This document shows, in pieces, positions 1 through 11,243 of a stretch of DNA of 64,000 nt; position 1 is the stretch's first letter, and each line of letters begins with the position of its first letter. The stretch covers positions 139,823 through 203,822 of the forward strand of contig CAZGFX010000001.1 of NCBI GenBank assembly GCA_964524845.1, written 5' to 3'. The DNA is from an uncultured Gammaproteobacteria bacterium. GTDB taxonomy: Bacteria > Patescibacteriota > Patescibacteriia > CAZGFX01. The notes under the pieces were generated by a model. That model made no database searches and was not told where the DNA came from. It was given only the letters and a program-made list of their open reading frames with translations. The position numbers and the translations under genes were made by a program.

Positions 1-3000
1 TCTTTTTTTGTGTTGTTTGTTTCTTTGTCATTGTTAGTGCGGGTTTCTGAGGATGTCCTGATGAAGATGATACTGATTGTTGTTTAAGAGGATCAAGTTC
101 AAGTGTGTCTGTGATATAGAGCATCTTGTCTTTTGTCTTATAATCTTTCTTTGGTGATGTGAGAGGAACAAATCCTTCTTTTTGCACGTTCACAGTATAT
201 GCCCCTGGAATTGCGGGCATCAAATACATTCCTTTTGGTGTTGAGAGGGTTGTATCGAGTGGACGACCATATTCAGCATCAAGTAAGCGTACGACCGCAT
301 AAGAAATACCTTTCTTATTTGTCTTTGTCTTGATAAATCCATACTTCACTCCCATTGTGCGACGTATGAAATAAGATATCGCTTTCGGCACAACAAGGTT
401 AACTATGAAGAGGATTAATGTAATATAATGAGGGGTGATTATAAATGCTATAGCACTCACCCATATACCAATTGTTGCAAGAGTTTTTGATAATGCATCT
501 CTCGAATACTCTTTTAATAACTTCTCTGTTTCTTCTTTTGTAAACTCTTCTTTATCAAGCGGGATCGGACGTATAAATGTAGTTTCGTTTTGTTTTATTG
601 TAACAGTTTCTCCTTTGTATATATTGAGGTACTGTCCATCATCGCTTGTACTAGCAAGCATTTTTGATGGGAAGACAAAGTGAGGTTTGCTTGCTTCTAT
701 ATAATAAGTTCCAGGTGGTAGTGTTAATACGTATTGTCCATTCTTATCTGTAACTTTTGTTGCAACGAGTTGTTTCTTGTTCTGTGTGATCTTATAAGCT
801 CTGATAGTTGATAATGGTAATGGTGCCTTCGTTCCTGAGTGATATACAACGCCGACCGAGATAGATCTTCTTCGTCTTGTAACAGCTGATGTTAATGCTG
901 TGAATAGTAATTGAATTGCTGGAAGCAGTGTTCCTGCTGATGCTGTTGCTGCCGCTGTGGCAGTTACAGCTCCTGCCGCTGCAATAGGAGCAGTGATCTG
1001 AGCTGTACGCTCTATAACAGGATTATCAAGCACTTCTTCTTGTATTGTGGTTAATGCTTTTTGTACAGGAGCTGGTGCTGATTTAATTATTTTTCTTATA
1101 CCAGCATCAATGTTTTTTGCTGTTGCAACAAATACTGAACCAATATTTCCTATTGGAGTTGATTCAACTATTGTTGTTACTTCTTCATAAGGACTTTCTT
1201 CTGTTGCTTCAAACAATCGTTCTGCGATAAGACCAAATACAGTGAAGTGATCCAGACGAGCTGATAATGTTTTTGTATTTGGATCAAATGTTGTTGGAAT
1301 TGTTGTAAGTGTTCCGTCATCTGCAACATATACGAGAGATAATGATTCCGGACGTATGTTTTCAAGAACTTTATCTGTTAATTGTATAGAGCATTCAATC
1401 GCTTTATCGTTAGCAAAATCAGTATAAATCTGATTTATATCCGTTTGAATTGCTGTTATATCAATAAATGTTCCGTCAATTGGATTTCTCATAAAATCAG
1501 AGTTTGTGAAAGCTATATCTGATAATGGTTTTTCATTAAATGAGAATGACAGAGGAACCGTAACTGTTCCTGGAATTGTAAGGGTATAAACGATACCTGA
1601 ACCAAGAAGAGCAGGAATAGCAATTGTCATTGGCTGTCCTTCAGATGGTGTATATAGCATATCAAGTGATAGTGGAGTCATATTTTCTCCGTATTGAGAC
1701 TCTGTTGTAGGACCTGTGAAACTGTCTATTAGTGTTTCAAAGAAGCCACCTTCATCACCTCCTGTTGTATCTCCACCTGTTGTGTCTCCTCCTTGATCTC
1801 CACCAGTGGTATCACCGCCCGTTGTATCTCCACCCGTAGTATCACCACCAGTAGTGTCACCTCCGGTTGTGTCTCCGCCTGTGGTATCGCCGCCTGTAGT
1901 ATCACCTCCTTCGTCACCACCTGTTGTGTCTCCTCCTTCATCACCTTGATCGCCCTGATCTCCATCATCGCCTTCATCTCCACCTGTTGTGTCGCCTCCT
2001 TCATCGCCCTCATCGCCGCCAGTTGTATCACCTCCTTCATCTCCACCGGTTGTATCACCGCCAGTATCTCCACCTGTATCACCACCAGTTGTTCCACCAC
2101 CAGTATCTCCTCCACCTGTTGAACCGCCACCGGAAGATCCGCCGCCTCCGCCGCCTCCGCCGCCACCTCCACCGCCACCGGATTGATATGTTGTTGTACC
2201 ATATGAACGAGCATTTAACGTCGTATATGGACCAAACAATGTTGGTGTCGATGTTCCATCAGAGTTTGAAAGTGTTACTTTAAACTGAATGTAAACCAGA
2301 TTCTGATTTGTGTTAAGTGGAGTTGAATAGTCAACAAATGTTCCTGAACACGTTGGCGACTCACACTGTCTGTATTGAAGTGCTATTGTCGTATTTGCAG
2401 GAGTCAATGATGTTGCTCCCATACTTGTTGTCTTCGTTGGATTTCCGACAAATAGCGGTCTGAATGTTACAGAGCCTGTGTTTGCTGCCGGATCTGTAAG
2501 ATTAAATACACCGCTTGCTGATACAGTTATATTTTCAAGCGTCGTTGTTTCAGTATTGTTCTGACTTATAAACGATGATGAGAGTGATAAATCTCCTGTA
2601 CTTGTTCTGGCTCGAACTGTAATGCTCTTTGTGCCGTATGAAGATGTGCCGCCTATTGCACTGCTTGTTATATTTACAACGGAGTTTGTCGTAACATCAA
2701 CTGCGGCTGGTGAGATTGTTTTTATAGCACCGAACGTCATACCATCGGCCGCAAAAGAAACTTGATCTATTGTTTCTCTGTTTGATTTCGCTATCAATGA
2801 AATAGTCGTATCGGCCGTAGATGTGGTTTCCGGTGGCATGACAGCACCTACAACAGGATCTGATGTACGCGTATCAGCACGTACCACATCTGATGGAGCT
2901 GAGTTTGAATGTGCTTCGCCGATAAGAGCAAATGACATTACACGATACTCATACACAAATCCTTTCACAATATCAGTATCTGCGTATGTGGTTGCGTTTT

Positions 3001-6000
3001 CTGCAGTATCACCAAGTGTAACATACGAAGATTCTCCCGCTTTTCTTCGTTCGACCGTATATCCATTTTCTCCAGCAACATCATCCCATGAAATATTTAC
3101 TCTGTTTATTGAATGGTCATATGACGCACTAACACCTGTTGGTGTTGGTGGGGCTGGGTTTGTAACAGGAATTGCAAGAGGAGGCGCCGAAGGAACTGAG
3201 TGAAGAGTAACCATACCTACCGTCTTATCCGCCATAATACGATAATTATACGTATTTCCTGAAACAACAGTACTATCATTGTATGATGTTACGTTTGCAT
3301 CACGAGTTACCAATGTAGTATATGAACCATCTGTGGAAAGTTTTCTTTCTATTGTATATCCTGTCTCATCGGCAGTATCATCCCACGATAATTCAACTCG
3401 ACTTAGCACGTCATTATAATCACCTGTAAAGTTTGTCGGCGTGGTTGGACCCGGAATAGCGTCATATGCTACGAATACGGCATCAAGTGTTGGAGTATCA
3501 CCAAACACATCAGCATCAAATGATGCGCGAATCCTCAAATCACTCGTAACTGTAAATGTCGCTTGAGTTGCCTGAGTTAATGGAACCCATGTGTTCCCTC
3601 CGTCTCTACTATATGAATATGTTATATCTGTGTCTGCTGGTTTTGAATCAACTACTGAGAGTGCTACGTTATTTGCATACGTACCACCAGGAAGAATATT
3701 TGATGTCGAAAGAGTACCTGTTCCTGAAAGATCGTTTGTTTGTACTAATCTTGAATAATTATTGTCTCTATCCCATGTCATAACGATCGTATCATTAAAC
3801 ACGACTTCATTAGAATAGTTTCGTGAATAATGTTCTACGCCAGGAGCAGACGTACCCGAAACAACGTCATATCCAACAACAGAGTCATCAGATGGTTTCA
3901 CCCATTGATGTGTAACGGTATTAAATTTACTAAGCACCGTATCAAATCGATCGCCCGGACTCTCTTCCCAGTACGTATACATTGAACCACCTATAACGAC
4001 TACATTACACCACCCATAATCTGAATTATTCTGTACAGTACTTGAAATAATATCATACCCAACTGTATCATCACTTGGTTTAATCCATGTATTATTGCTT
4101 GTTTTCAACTTTGAAACAAGAAGTTTTCTGTCATTCTCTGTCCAAAATACATGTAGTTCGTTATTATATACTACTGGACGCGCTCCAAAACTAGATATAT
4201 TACCTGTTTCTGCAACTTGATCAAAACCAACTGCTCCATTTGATGGTTTCACCCATGCGCCACCAGAAAGTTTTGATACTACTATATCATAGGAGTTGCT
4301 TGCCACGATAAACTGAGACCAAAACACATACACGCTTCCGTTGTGATATATTGGTCGTGGCATTTTTGGATTAGTACCAACTGTTCCCGGATTCAAAACA
4401 TCAAATCCCGATACTCCGTTTGATGGCTTCACCCATCCATGACCAATGTCATCGAGCTTCGTAAGACACACATGAGAATCATCTCCATCTATGGCACAAC
4501 CTGATGTTCCAATATATGGGACTCCATTTATATTGCTTATTGTCACGTCGCGCGCTGTCGCTCCAGTAATTGCATCTGGATTATTAAGAATATTTCCCGC
4601 AGGAGATCTCCACTCTGATCCATCGTATCTAATTACTTCTATATTATTTGTCGTGCTATTATACCAAGCAAAATACAAATATCCTCCTGCTTCTATCATG
4701 GACAAACCATCAGGATAAGCAGTCGGACTTTCTAGAATCATATCGCTTCCTATAATAGTAGGGGCTGATGGTTTTACAAATCCATCGAGAGTACTACTAT
4801 ATTTGCTTACAGATATATTATGGCTACCATATCCTTGCCATGCAATATACAACTCATTATTATATGTTCCAACCATTAGATCCTCGTATGGTCTCGGATC
4901 TATAACTGTATTTACAATCTCAAAATCATCTGACCCACCAGTACCAGTGATATAAGCATAATCTCCAGAAACAAAAACCGATATCGGATTATCAATAACC
5001 GATCCTCCGTCTCCATCTACAATATTATCTGCATGAACAGGAGCGGTTGGAACTGATATATTTACAACCTCAAGGGCATCTGAAAGTCTGCTAGCAATAT
5101 AAGCATAATTTCCTGATACGAATATTGATCTTGGATCATTGAGTAATGCTCCTCCGCTTCCATTCGAAAGCCTTCCTCTATGGATAGGATTTGCTTTGTT
5201 TGTCACATCTATTATATTCATCGTTCCTGATGCTGTAAGATATGCATAATTTCCAAATACGTACACTGATGTTGGAGATATAAAATTTACTCCACCATTC
5301 AGTTTTCCTGCATGAACAGGCGCAGTCGGAACTGATATGTTTATTATTTCAAGAGCATTTGATCCACCCACAACATAAGCATAGCTTCCTGACACATATA
5401 CTGATAGAGGATAAGATAAGGCTGCGCCACCAGTACCATCAGTAATGCTTCCCGCGTGTGAAATATTTAGAGGATCAGACACATTTATAATTTCAAGCGC
5501 ATCGTCTCCTCTAGCTGTTACGTATGCATAACCTCCTGATACGAACACCGAGGATGCATGACGAAGTAATGTAGGACCAGTATCACGATTCTTTATATAA
5601 TCAGCAATAATAGGATTTGCTGGATCTGATATATTAAATACATAAAGGGCTCCCCAATGAGACATGGTTAACGTGTCGTTTCCTCCTGTTGTTACATAAG
5701 CATAATTTCCTGAAACAAACACCGATGTTGGTTGTCCATAACCAAATTCCTCCCAAAAAGTAGGCTCTACTGAATTACCTCCAACATACACGGGATTTGC
5801 TGGATCTGATATATTTAATATCTTCAATAAATATGTATCGGACGTTGGCCCATCTCCCCCTGCAACATAAGCATAATTTCCTGAAACGAAAACCGCATAT
5901 CCTCCGTATTCGCTACTTCCTTTGTGTTCTACTCTTCTTTGTAAAATCGTTTCATCATACGTCGCAGCTGTTGGAAGTTTTACGTTTCCAGCACCTGTAT

Positions 6001-9000
6001 CAATAACTGTATTATCAGCAACAAGTGTTCCGTCGGGAGCATCAAACGATGTATCATACACTTGTGTCTTCGTGTAGAACGAAACAGTGTTTGAAGTTAC
6101 CGATTGAATAGGACCATTAACAGCGTATATACGAACAGCATATGTTGCACCGGCCGTAAGACCTGCAAGAGGAATAGACTCTACATCCTCTCCTGGAGTC
6201 GCACACGTTGAAAATCCTCCACCATTCACAGAACACTCCACAACGAAATTTTCTTCATCGTCTGAATTGTCAGTCCACGAAAGATCGATGCTAGTGTCGG
6301 TAATATTATCAAACGCTAAATTTGTCGGGGCATCTGGAGGAGTGATTATGTTCGCCGAGATAATAAGATTATCAAGAGAAGGACTCGTACTAAGCGCTGT
6401 TGATGATAAGTTAGCACGCACCCTAAGTGTTCTCGTTGGTGTCAAAGGTACGCTAACGGATGGAGTTATACTCGTCCATGACGATCCGCCGTTTGTTGAG
6501 TATTCATATGTTATATCAGTATCCACCGGTTTTGTTTCCGTAACTGTGATCAAAACCGAGTCTGCATATTGAACAGGACTTTGCGCAATCACATTATCTG
6601 TTGTAAGCGTTCCTGTCAGAGTAACATAAGGATTATTATATGATAATTTTTTCACAATAATATCTCCCGCGCTTGTGTCTCTATGAATAAGAGCTCCTGT
6701 ATTTCCAAAAAATACGAGGGTATTTGCTGTACCGCTTGCGCTGTGTGTATCAACAGAAATAGTATTAAAACCATTTGTTCCGTCAGATGGTTTTTTCCAC
6801 GCACTACCACTTCCCATAACAGAAAGCACCTGAACTGGTTGACCCACAACAGGTTCTTCAAACCAAGATACATAGAAACTTCCTTTCTGAATATTTACAG
6901 ACGGATGATAACTATCTTGTCCTGGGGTACTTGAAACAGAATCAAATCCCGTACTTCCGTCAGATGGTTTCTTCCACGAGTGATCACTTGAATCATAATA
7001 TGACACAACTATTTCGCGTGAACCACTTGCTCCTTCTTCCCATACTGCGTACATCGTATTGTTCCACGAGATAATATACGGATTAACACTTATTGCTGGA
7101 GTGTTTGAAATCGCGTCATATCCTGCCGTATCATCACTTGGTTTTACCCATGTGTGAGACGTTGTGTTAAATTTAGATATTACGATTTCAGTATTTCCAT
7201 CATCATTTATATCTCGATCCCGTATCAAATAAAGATCGCCGTTATGAGTCGTTAGACGAGGAAATTCATCCTCGTTTGCATCACTACCAATACTATCATA
7301 TCCTACCGTATCATCACTTGGTTTTACCCATGCTCCTCCTGAAAGTTTCGTTATACAAATATCAGGTTGTCCTCCTATCGTACACTGAGATGCTATATAT
7401 GGAACATTATTTACATCATATATAAATGGTTGTTGTGCTCCTACTGTATAAACAGTATCATTTCCTGCTAAACCAGTACTAGGAGCAACCCACGAAGTTC
7501 CATTAAATTTCGAAACATGGAGATCCGTATCATCAGCGACCCACATCACATATGCTTCGTTATTAACAGTACCAGCTGTCAAAAACGTGTAATCAATACC
7601 TCCTCCAGTGTTCGTGAGATTATCAAAACCGGCTATTGTTGGAGCAGTCGGTCTGGTCCATTCTGAAAATGCCGCGTTAGGACGCGAAACACGAACATCG
7701 TCACCCTGATTCCAAGCTGCAAAAACCATAGAAGATGTAGATCCAATAGAAACTTCTGACACAGTCGTTCCTGTTGTTATGTTTTTCGGTATTGTACTTA
7801 AGTTTATTATTTCAAGTCCGCCAAACTGAGAGATTCCATCCCCTGATTTTGTAACAGAAACATAATTTCCTGATACGAAAACCGATGTTGGAATCATCAT
7901 AGAAGCGCCACCTTCTCCATCGCTCACACTTTCCGCGTGTTTTGGATTTGCTGGATCTGATACATCTACAATCTCGAGAGCGCTTGAACTCTGACTTGCA
8001 ACATAAGCATAATTTCCTGAAACATAAACAGATACTGGTGTATCTAATAATGCTCCTCCTACTCCATTTACAATACTTCCCGCATGCACTGGATTTGCTG
8101 GATCTGATATATTAATAATTTCAAGTGCGTTTGAAACTTGACTCACAACATATGCATAACTTCCTGATACAAAAACTGAGCGAGGATAAATCAATAAGGA
8201 ACCACCTGACCCATGTGTTATATTTCCAACGTGTGTCGGATTTGCTGGATCTGATACATCGATTATTTCTAAGGCGTTTGAGTTTCGAGCTGTAACATAC
8301 GCATAATTTCCTGAAACATAAACTGAATTGGCATAATCCAACAACGCACCTCCTGTTCCGTGCGAGATACTTCCAACCTGTGTTGGATTTGCAGGATCCG
8401 ATACATCAAATATTCCTAAATTTCCTCCTATTCCAAACCAAGCATTCTCGTCAGTTGCAACATATGCGTAATTTCCCGACACGAAGACCGATTGAGGATT
8501 AATCAACGAGCCACCAAAAACACCTCCTGTGTGAGTCGGGTTTGTCGGATCTGACACATCAACAACCTCTAGATATCCTACACCAAATCCACTAGTTCCG
8601 CCTCCTACAACGTATGCGTAACCTCCTGATACAAAAACGGACAATGGCTCAAAAAGAAGCGAACCACCACCCAAATCTTCTCTTGTTAAACTTCCTGCAT
8701 GAACTGGATTTGCTGGATCTGATATATCAACGACCTTCAAAGCATTTGATACTGTGCTTGCTATATATGCATAATTTCCATCAACAAAAACAGAGTTTGG
8801 ATTTTCAAGTAATGATCCAATATCATTAGTAATACTTCCTACGTGTGTTGGATCTGTTGGATCAAAAACATTTAGTATTTCAAGTGCATTAGAGTTTGAA
8901 CTTGCAACATACGCCGTAGTTCCTGATACAAAAATAGAATAAGCATAATCTAACAGAGCTCCTCCCGACCCATGCGATATGCTTCCAAGAGGAGTTGGAT

Positions 9001-10129
9001 TTGAAGGGTCTGTCACATCAATAGTTGCTACGCCGTCAACATCAGGAAATGTTAGAAACGCAGTGCTTCCTGTAACATATACGGAAGTTGCATAGTCTCC
9101 ATCAAATCCTCCGGCATAAACCGGCGTCAATGGATCCGTAACATCTACAATACTAATTCCAGAACCATCAGTAAGATATGCATAATTATTAAAAACAAAA
9201 ACGTCTGTTGGACTACTAAGTCCATTATACGGACCTCCGACTGGCCCTTCTATTACTTTTGATGCATGTGTAGGATTTGCAGGATCTGATATATCAACAA
9301 TTTCAAGTCCTCTGTGTTCAGAATTTTGACCAGAACCCCTAACAGAAATATATGCATAATTTCCATCAACAAATACACTAGTAGCATCTATAAGTATTGC
9401 TCCATCAGTACCATCTACTATACTTCCTGAATGAACAGGAGCTGATGGATCTGATATATCGATAATCTCTAATGCTTGTGAATTATTGCTTGTAACATAT
9501 GCGTAACTTCCTGACACATAAACCGATGTCGTTCCATCTAGCATTGCTCCACCCTCACCATTCCATACGCTTCCTGCGTGAACTGGATTTGCAGGATCCG
9601 ATACATCAATAACCTCAAAAAAACCATTGTTCTGACCTATTACATAAGCATAATTTCCGGACACATAAACAGAGGAAGGACAAGAAAGATATGGCGTACT
9701 TCCTCCACCATCAATAATACTACCAGTGTGAGTAGGATTTGCTGGATCTGATACATCAACAATTTCGAGTGCATTTGAATTACAACTTACAACATATGCA
9801 TATGTTCCCGAAACAAAAACATCATAAGGATAATTAAGTAACGCACCATCACGAACCTGTTCAATATTACCTTCATGAGATGCGCTCTGCTCCACCACAA
9901 GATCATTGTACATCGCTGTCTTCTGAAGAGTTGCATTTCCTGATACCGTATCAATTGTAGTGCCGTTTGCCGATAGGTGCGCCGCACTACTCATAGTAAA
10001 TGTCGTATCGGCCGCACTCACAGGAAATAAATTGGAAAATAAAAATGTTCCCGGTAATAAAAATGTCGCCACTTTAATAAAAAAGAACAGAGCAATAACT
10101 AGAGTTGCTCCTACACCTATTTTTTTCAT
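1..10129 (-). CDS. Giant secreted/cell-surface repeat protein, partial (start ATG at 10129-10127; runs off window start, >3370 aa). Contains dozens of LVIVD-like beta-propeller repeats, FN3-like modules, a G/D/T-rich pentapeptide repeat plus poly-Gly region, and C-terminal Cna-B/CarboxypepD_reg-like modules.
   Basis: The minus-strand frame starting at complement ATG 10129 (preceded by AAGGAGAGAG, an SD-like sequence) has no reported stop. The ORF track shows no long minus ORF over 2300-10129, consistent with a single open frame leaving the window. Hand translation in frame at both ends: N-terminus MKKIGVGATLVIALFFF (signal/TM), window start reads ...GHPQKPALTMTKKQTTQKK with no stop. The DNA repeat ggatttgctggatctgatacatc (reverse complement encodes DVSDPANP) recurs more than 30 times. 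Each repeat resembles YAYV(x)SNALEIIDVSDPANPxHxGS, an LVIVD/PF08309-type repeat. Confidence 0.8.
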   Translation of the reverse strand, partial: MKKIGVGATLVIALFFFIKVATFLLPGTFLFSNLFPVSAADTTFTMSSAAHLSANGTTIDTVSGNATLQKTAMYNDLVVEQSASHEGNIEQVRDGALLNYPYDVFVSGTYAYVVSCNSNALEIVDVSDPANPTHTGSIIDGGGSTPYLSCPSSVYVSGNYAYVIGQNNGFFEVIDVSDPANPVHAGSVWNGEGGAMLDGTTSVYVSGSYAYVTSNNSQALEIIDISDPSAPVHSGSIVDGTDGAILIDATSVFVDGNYAYISVRGSGQNSEHRGLEIVDISDPANPTHASKVIEGPVGGPYNGLSSPTDVFVFNNYAYLTDGSGISIVDVTDPLTPVYAGGFDGDYATSVYVTGSTAFLTFPDVDGVATIDVTDPSNPTPLGSISHGSGGALLDYAYSIFVSGTTAYVASSNSNALEILNVFDPTDPTHVGSITNDIGSLLENPNSVFVDGNYAYIASTVSNALKVVDISDPANPVHAGSLTREDLGGGSLLFEPLSVFVSGGYAYVVGGGTSGFGVGYLEVVDVSDPTNPTHTGGVFGGSLINPQSVFVSGNYAYVATDENAWFGIGGNLGIFDVSDPANPTQVGSISHGTGGALLDYANSVYVSGNYAYVTARNSNALEIIDVSDPANPTHVGNITHGSGGSLLIYPRSVFVSGSYAYVVSQVSNALEIINISDPANPVHAGSIVNGVGGALLDTPVSVYVSGNYAYVASQSSSALEIVDVSDPANPKHAESVSDGEGGASMMIPTSVFVSGNYVSVTKSGDGISQFGGLEIINLSTIPKNITTGTTVSEVSIGSTSSMVFAAWNQGDDVRVSRPNAAFSEWTRPTAPTIAGFDNLTNTGGGIDYTFLTAGTVNNEAYVMWVADDTDLHVSKFNGTSWVAPSTGLAGNDTVYTVGAQQPFIYDVNNVPYIASQCTIGGQPDICITKLSGGAWVKPSDDTVGYDSIGSDANEDEFPRLTTHNGDLYLIRDRDINDDGNTEIVISKFNTTSHTWVKPSDDTAGYDAISNTPAISVNPYIISWNNTMYAVWEEGASGSREIVVSYYDSSDHSWKKPSDGSTGFDSVSSTPGQDSYHPSVNIQKGSFYVSWFEEPVVGQPVQVLSVMGSGSAWKKPSDGTNGFNTISVDTHSASGTANTLVFFGNTGALIHRDTSAGDIIVKKLSYNNPYVTLTGTLTTDNVIAQSPVQYADSVLITVTETKPVDTDITYEYSTNGGSSWTSITPSVSVPLTPTRTLRVRANLSSTALSTSPSLDNLIISANIITPPDAPTNLAFDNITDTSIDLSWTDNSDDEENFVVECSVNGGGFSTCATPGEDVESIPLAGLTAGATYAVRIYAVNGPIQSVTSNTVSFYTKTQVYDTSFDAPDGTLVADNTVIDTGAGNVKLPTAATYDETILQRRVEHKGSSEYGGYAVFVSGNYAYVAGGDGPTSDTYLLKILNISDPANPVYVGGNSVEPTFWEEFGYGQPTSVFVSGNYAYVTTGGNDTLTMSHWGALYVFNISDPANPIIADYIKNRDTGPTLLRHASSVFVSGGYAYVTARGDDALEIINVSDPLNISHAGSITDGTGGAALSYPLSVYVSGSYAYVVGGSNALEIINISVPTAPVHAGKLNGGVNFISPTSVYVFGNYAYLTASGTMNIIDVTNKANPIHRGRLSNGSGGALLNDPRSIFVSGNYAYIASRLSDALEVVNISVPTAPVHADNIVDGDGGSVIDNPISVFVSGDYAYITGTGGSDDFEIVNTVIDPRPYEDLMVGTYNNELYIAWQGYGSHNISVSKYSSTLDGFVKPSAPTIIGSDMILESPTAYPDGLSMIEAGGYLYFAWYNSTTNNIEVIRYDGSEWRSPAGNILNNPDAITGATARDVTISNINGVPYIGTSGCAIDGDDSHVCLTKLDDIGHGWVKPSNGVSGFDVLNPGTVGTNPKMPRPIYHNGSVYVFWSQFIVASNSYDIVVSKLSGGAWVKPSNGAVGFDQVAETGNISSFGARPVVYNNELHVFWTENDRKLLVSKLKTSNNTWIKPSDDTVGYDIISSTVQNNSDYGWCNVVVIGGSMYTYWEESPGDRFDTVLSKFNTVTHQWVKPSDDSVVGYDVVSGTSAPGVEHYSRNYSNEVVFNDTIVMTWDRDNNYSRLVQTNDLSGTGTLSTSNILPGGTYANNVALSVVDSKPADTDITYSYSRDGGNTWVPLTQATQATFTVTSDLRIRASFDADVFGDTPTLDAVFVAYDAIPGPTTPTNFTGDYNDVLSRVELSWDDTADETGYTIERKLSTDGSYTTLVTRDANVTSYNDSTVVSGNTYNYRIMADKTVGMVTLHSVPSAPPLAIPVTNPAPPTPTGVSASYDHSINRVNISWDDVAGENGYTVERRKAGESSYVTLGDTAENATTYADTDIVKGFVYEYRVMSFALIGEAHSNSAPSDVVRADTRTSDPVVGAVMPPETTSTADTTISLIAKSNRETIDQVSFAADGMTFGAIKTISPAAVDVTTNSVVNITSSAIGGTSSYGTKSITVRARTSTGDLSLSSSFISQNNTETTTLENITVSASGVFNLTDPAANTGSVTFRPLFVGNPTKTTSMGATSLTPANTTIALQYRQCESPTCSGTFVDYSTPLNTNQNLVYIQFKVTLSNSDGTSTPTLFGPYTTLNARSYGTTTYQSGGGGGGGGGGGGGGSSGGGSTGGGDTGGGTTGGDTGGDTGGDTTGGDEGGDTTGGDEGDEGGDTTGGDEGDDGDQGDQGDEGGDTTGGDEGGDTTGGDTTGGDTTGGDTTGGDTTGGDTTGGDTTGGDQGGDTTGGDTTGGDEGGFFETLIDSFTGPTTESQYGENMTPLSLDMLYTPSEGQPMTIAIPALLGSGIVYTLTIPGTVTVPLSFSFNEKPLSDIAFTNSDFMRNPIDGTFIDITAIQTDINQIYTDFANDKAIECSIQLTDKVLENIRPESLSLVYVADDGTLTTIPTTFDPNTKTLSARLDHFTVFGLIAERLFEATEESPYEEVTTIVESTPIGNIGSVFVATAKNIDAGIRKIIKSAPAPVQKALTTIQEEVLDNPVIERTAQITAPIAAAGAVTATAAATASAGTLLPAIQLLFTALTSAVTRRRRSISVGVVYHSGTKAPLPLSTIRAYKITQNKKQLVATKVTDKNGQYVLTLPPGTYYIEASKPHFVFPSKMLASTSDDGQYLNIYKGETVTIKQNETTFIRPIPLDKEEFTKEETEKLLKEYSRDALSKTLATIGIWVSAIAFIITPHYITLILFIVNLVVPKAISYFIRRTMGVKYGFIKTKTNKKGISYAVVRLLDAEYGRPLDTTLSTPKGMYLMPAIPGAYTVNVQKEGFVPLTSPKKDYKTKDKMLYITDTLELDPLKQQSVSSSSGHPQKPALTMTKKQTTQKK
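1740..2200 (-). repeat. Low-complexity coding repeat inside the giant protein: (T/E)GGD(T/E)-type pentapeptide repeats ending in a poly-Gly run of about 14 residues
   Basis: Visible DNA periodicity (ggtgatacaacnggcgg... and ccgcc x n). The plus ORF 1989..2186 (poly-P/S) and minus ORF 1729..2214 are alternate-frame artefacts of this repeat. Confidence 0.7.
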
Positions 10130-10589
10130 TCTCTCTCCTTTGATATATGAATATGTTGTTTCGCTTTTTCCTGTATCAGGATTCACACGAACGAGATTAA
10201 GTTCCTCATCTGTGTATTCACTAAACAAGTTGGGTATATTAATGATCGACGCGCACAAATAAAGCGCGAACTCTTGTACAGCAAGTAATATGTTAAGAAC
10301 AAAAGCCTTTTTCCCCGTTTGTTTTTTTAAACGAGCCCGTATTGTAATCGTCTTTTCAAGGGACGCATATAACAGGTTTTTTAATTTGGATAACATCATA
10401 TAAAAAATAGGTTTATTATATACCCATATTATACGATATTTCTTTATCTTTAGCCATATTCATATGACCCATACGTTGACAAATGGGCTAAAAACTGTGT
10501 TATTATGGCTAATAGTTATCAACAGCCCACCAATACAAAAAATTCGTCAATCGTTTCAATAAACGGATTCTTTTATATTGGCCAAGAAA

Positions 10590-11153
10590 TTATCTTTTTC
10601 TGTTATACACGCCCATGATTTCTGCGGATGCCAAAACATGCTCTTCAATCGCATCAAGCAAGTCCTGCCTTCCTGCTTTTCGATCAAGCGTAAGCATAGT
10701 ATCTAATGCGTAGAGCTTAAAAAAATATCTGTGTTCCTTATCAGGTGGACATGGACCATCATAAGAATAATCTCCACTTGTGTTTTTTCCTACAACAGCT
10801 CCGACAGGAAATGAGTTTTCTGGAATGTTATTAATTGAAGAAGGAATATTCCAAACAACCCAATGAATCCAGAGGCCATCCAACCTAGCAATACGAGGAA
10901 CGTCCGGGTCTTCGACAATCAAAACAAAACTTTTTACTCCATCCGGTACGTCGCTCCACGCAAGAGATGGGTTTATATTTCTCCCATCGCAAGTATGTGT
11001 GATCGGGATAGTTTCTCCTTGTTTAAATGAACTGCTTTTAATTATCATATTTGAAACATTAGACGATAAAGATGTATTCTCTTGTTTATTTTTTGGCACG
11101 GAACAACCGCACCAGATACAACAGAGCAAAAGTACAAAAATATATTTTTTCAT
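10590..11153 (-). CDS. PEBP (phosphatidylethanolamine-binding protein) family protein, YbhB/YbcL-like, with N-terminal signal/lipoprotein-like peptide
   Basis: Motifs ...SFVLIVEDPDVP..., WIHWVVWNIP, CPPDKEHRYFFKLYALD are typical of the bacterial PEBP/YbhB family. Hydrophobic N-terminus MKKYIFVLLLCCIWCGCS. Confidence 0.85.
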   Translation of the reverse strand: MKKYIFVLLLCCIWCGCSVPKNKQENTSLSSNVSNMIIKSSSFKQGETIPITHTCDGRNINPSLAWSDVPDGVKSFVLIVEDPDVPRIARLDGLWIHWVVWNIPSSINNIPENSFPVGAVVGKNTSGDYSYDGPCPPDKEHRYFFKLYALDTMLTLDRKAGRQDLLDAIEEHVLASAEIMGVYNRKR

Positions 11154-11243
11154 ATGATGTACGTGTATATTATAACACCGTTCTGCCTTATATTGTAATA
11201 TAAAAATTCTTGCTTTTATTCCTTGTTTTTATAGGATGAAGGT

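Noticed and set aside
1989-2186. Plus-strand 65-aa poly-Pro/Ser ORF (also 1793..2122, 1924..2283, and minus 1729..2214)
   Set aside because: These are alternate-frame or antisense translations of the G/D/T-rich repeat region inside the giant minus-strand gene. Repetitive DNA yields long spurious ORFs.
10470-10510. TTGACA-18-TTATTAT promoter-like sequence on the plus strand
   Set aside because: It points into the 3' end of the minus-strand PEBP gene and would give antisense transcription. There is no downstream plus-strand gene, so it is likely a chance match in AT-rich DNA.
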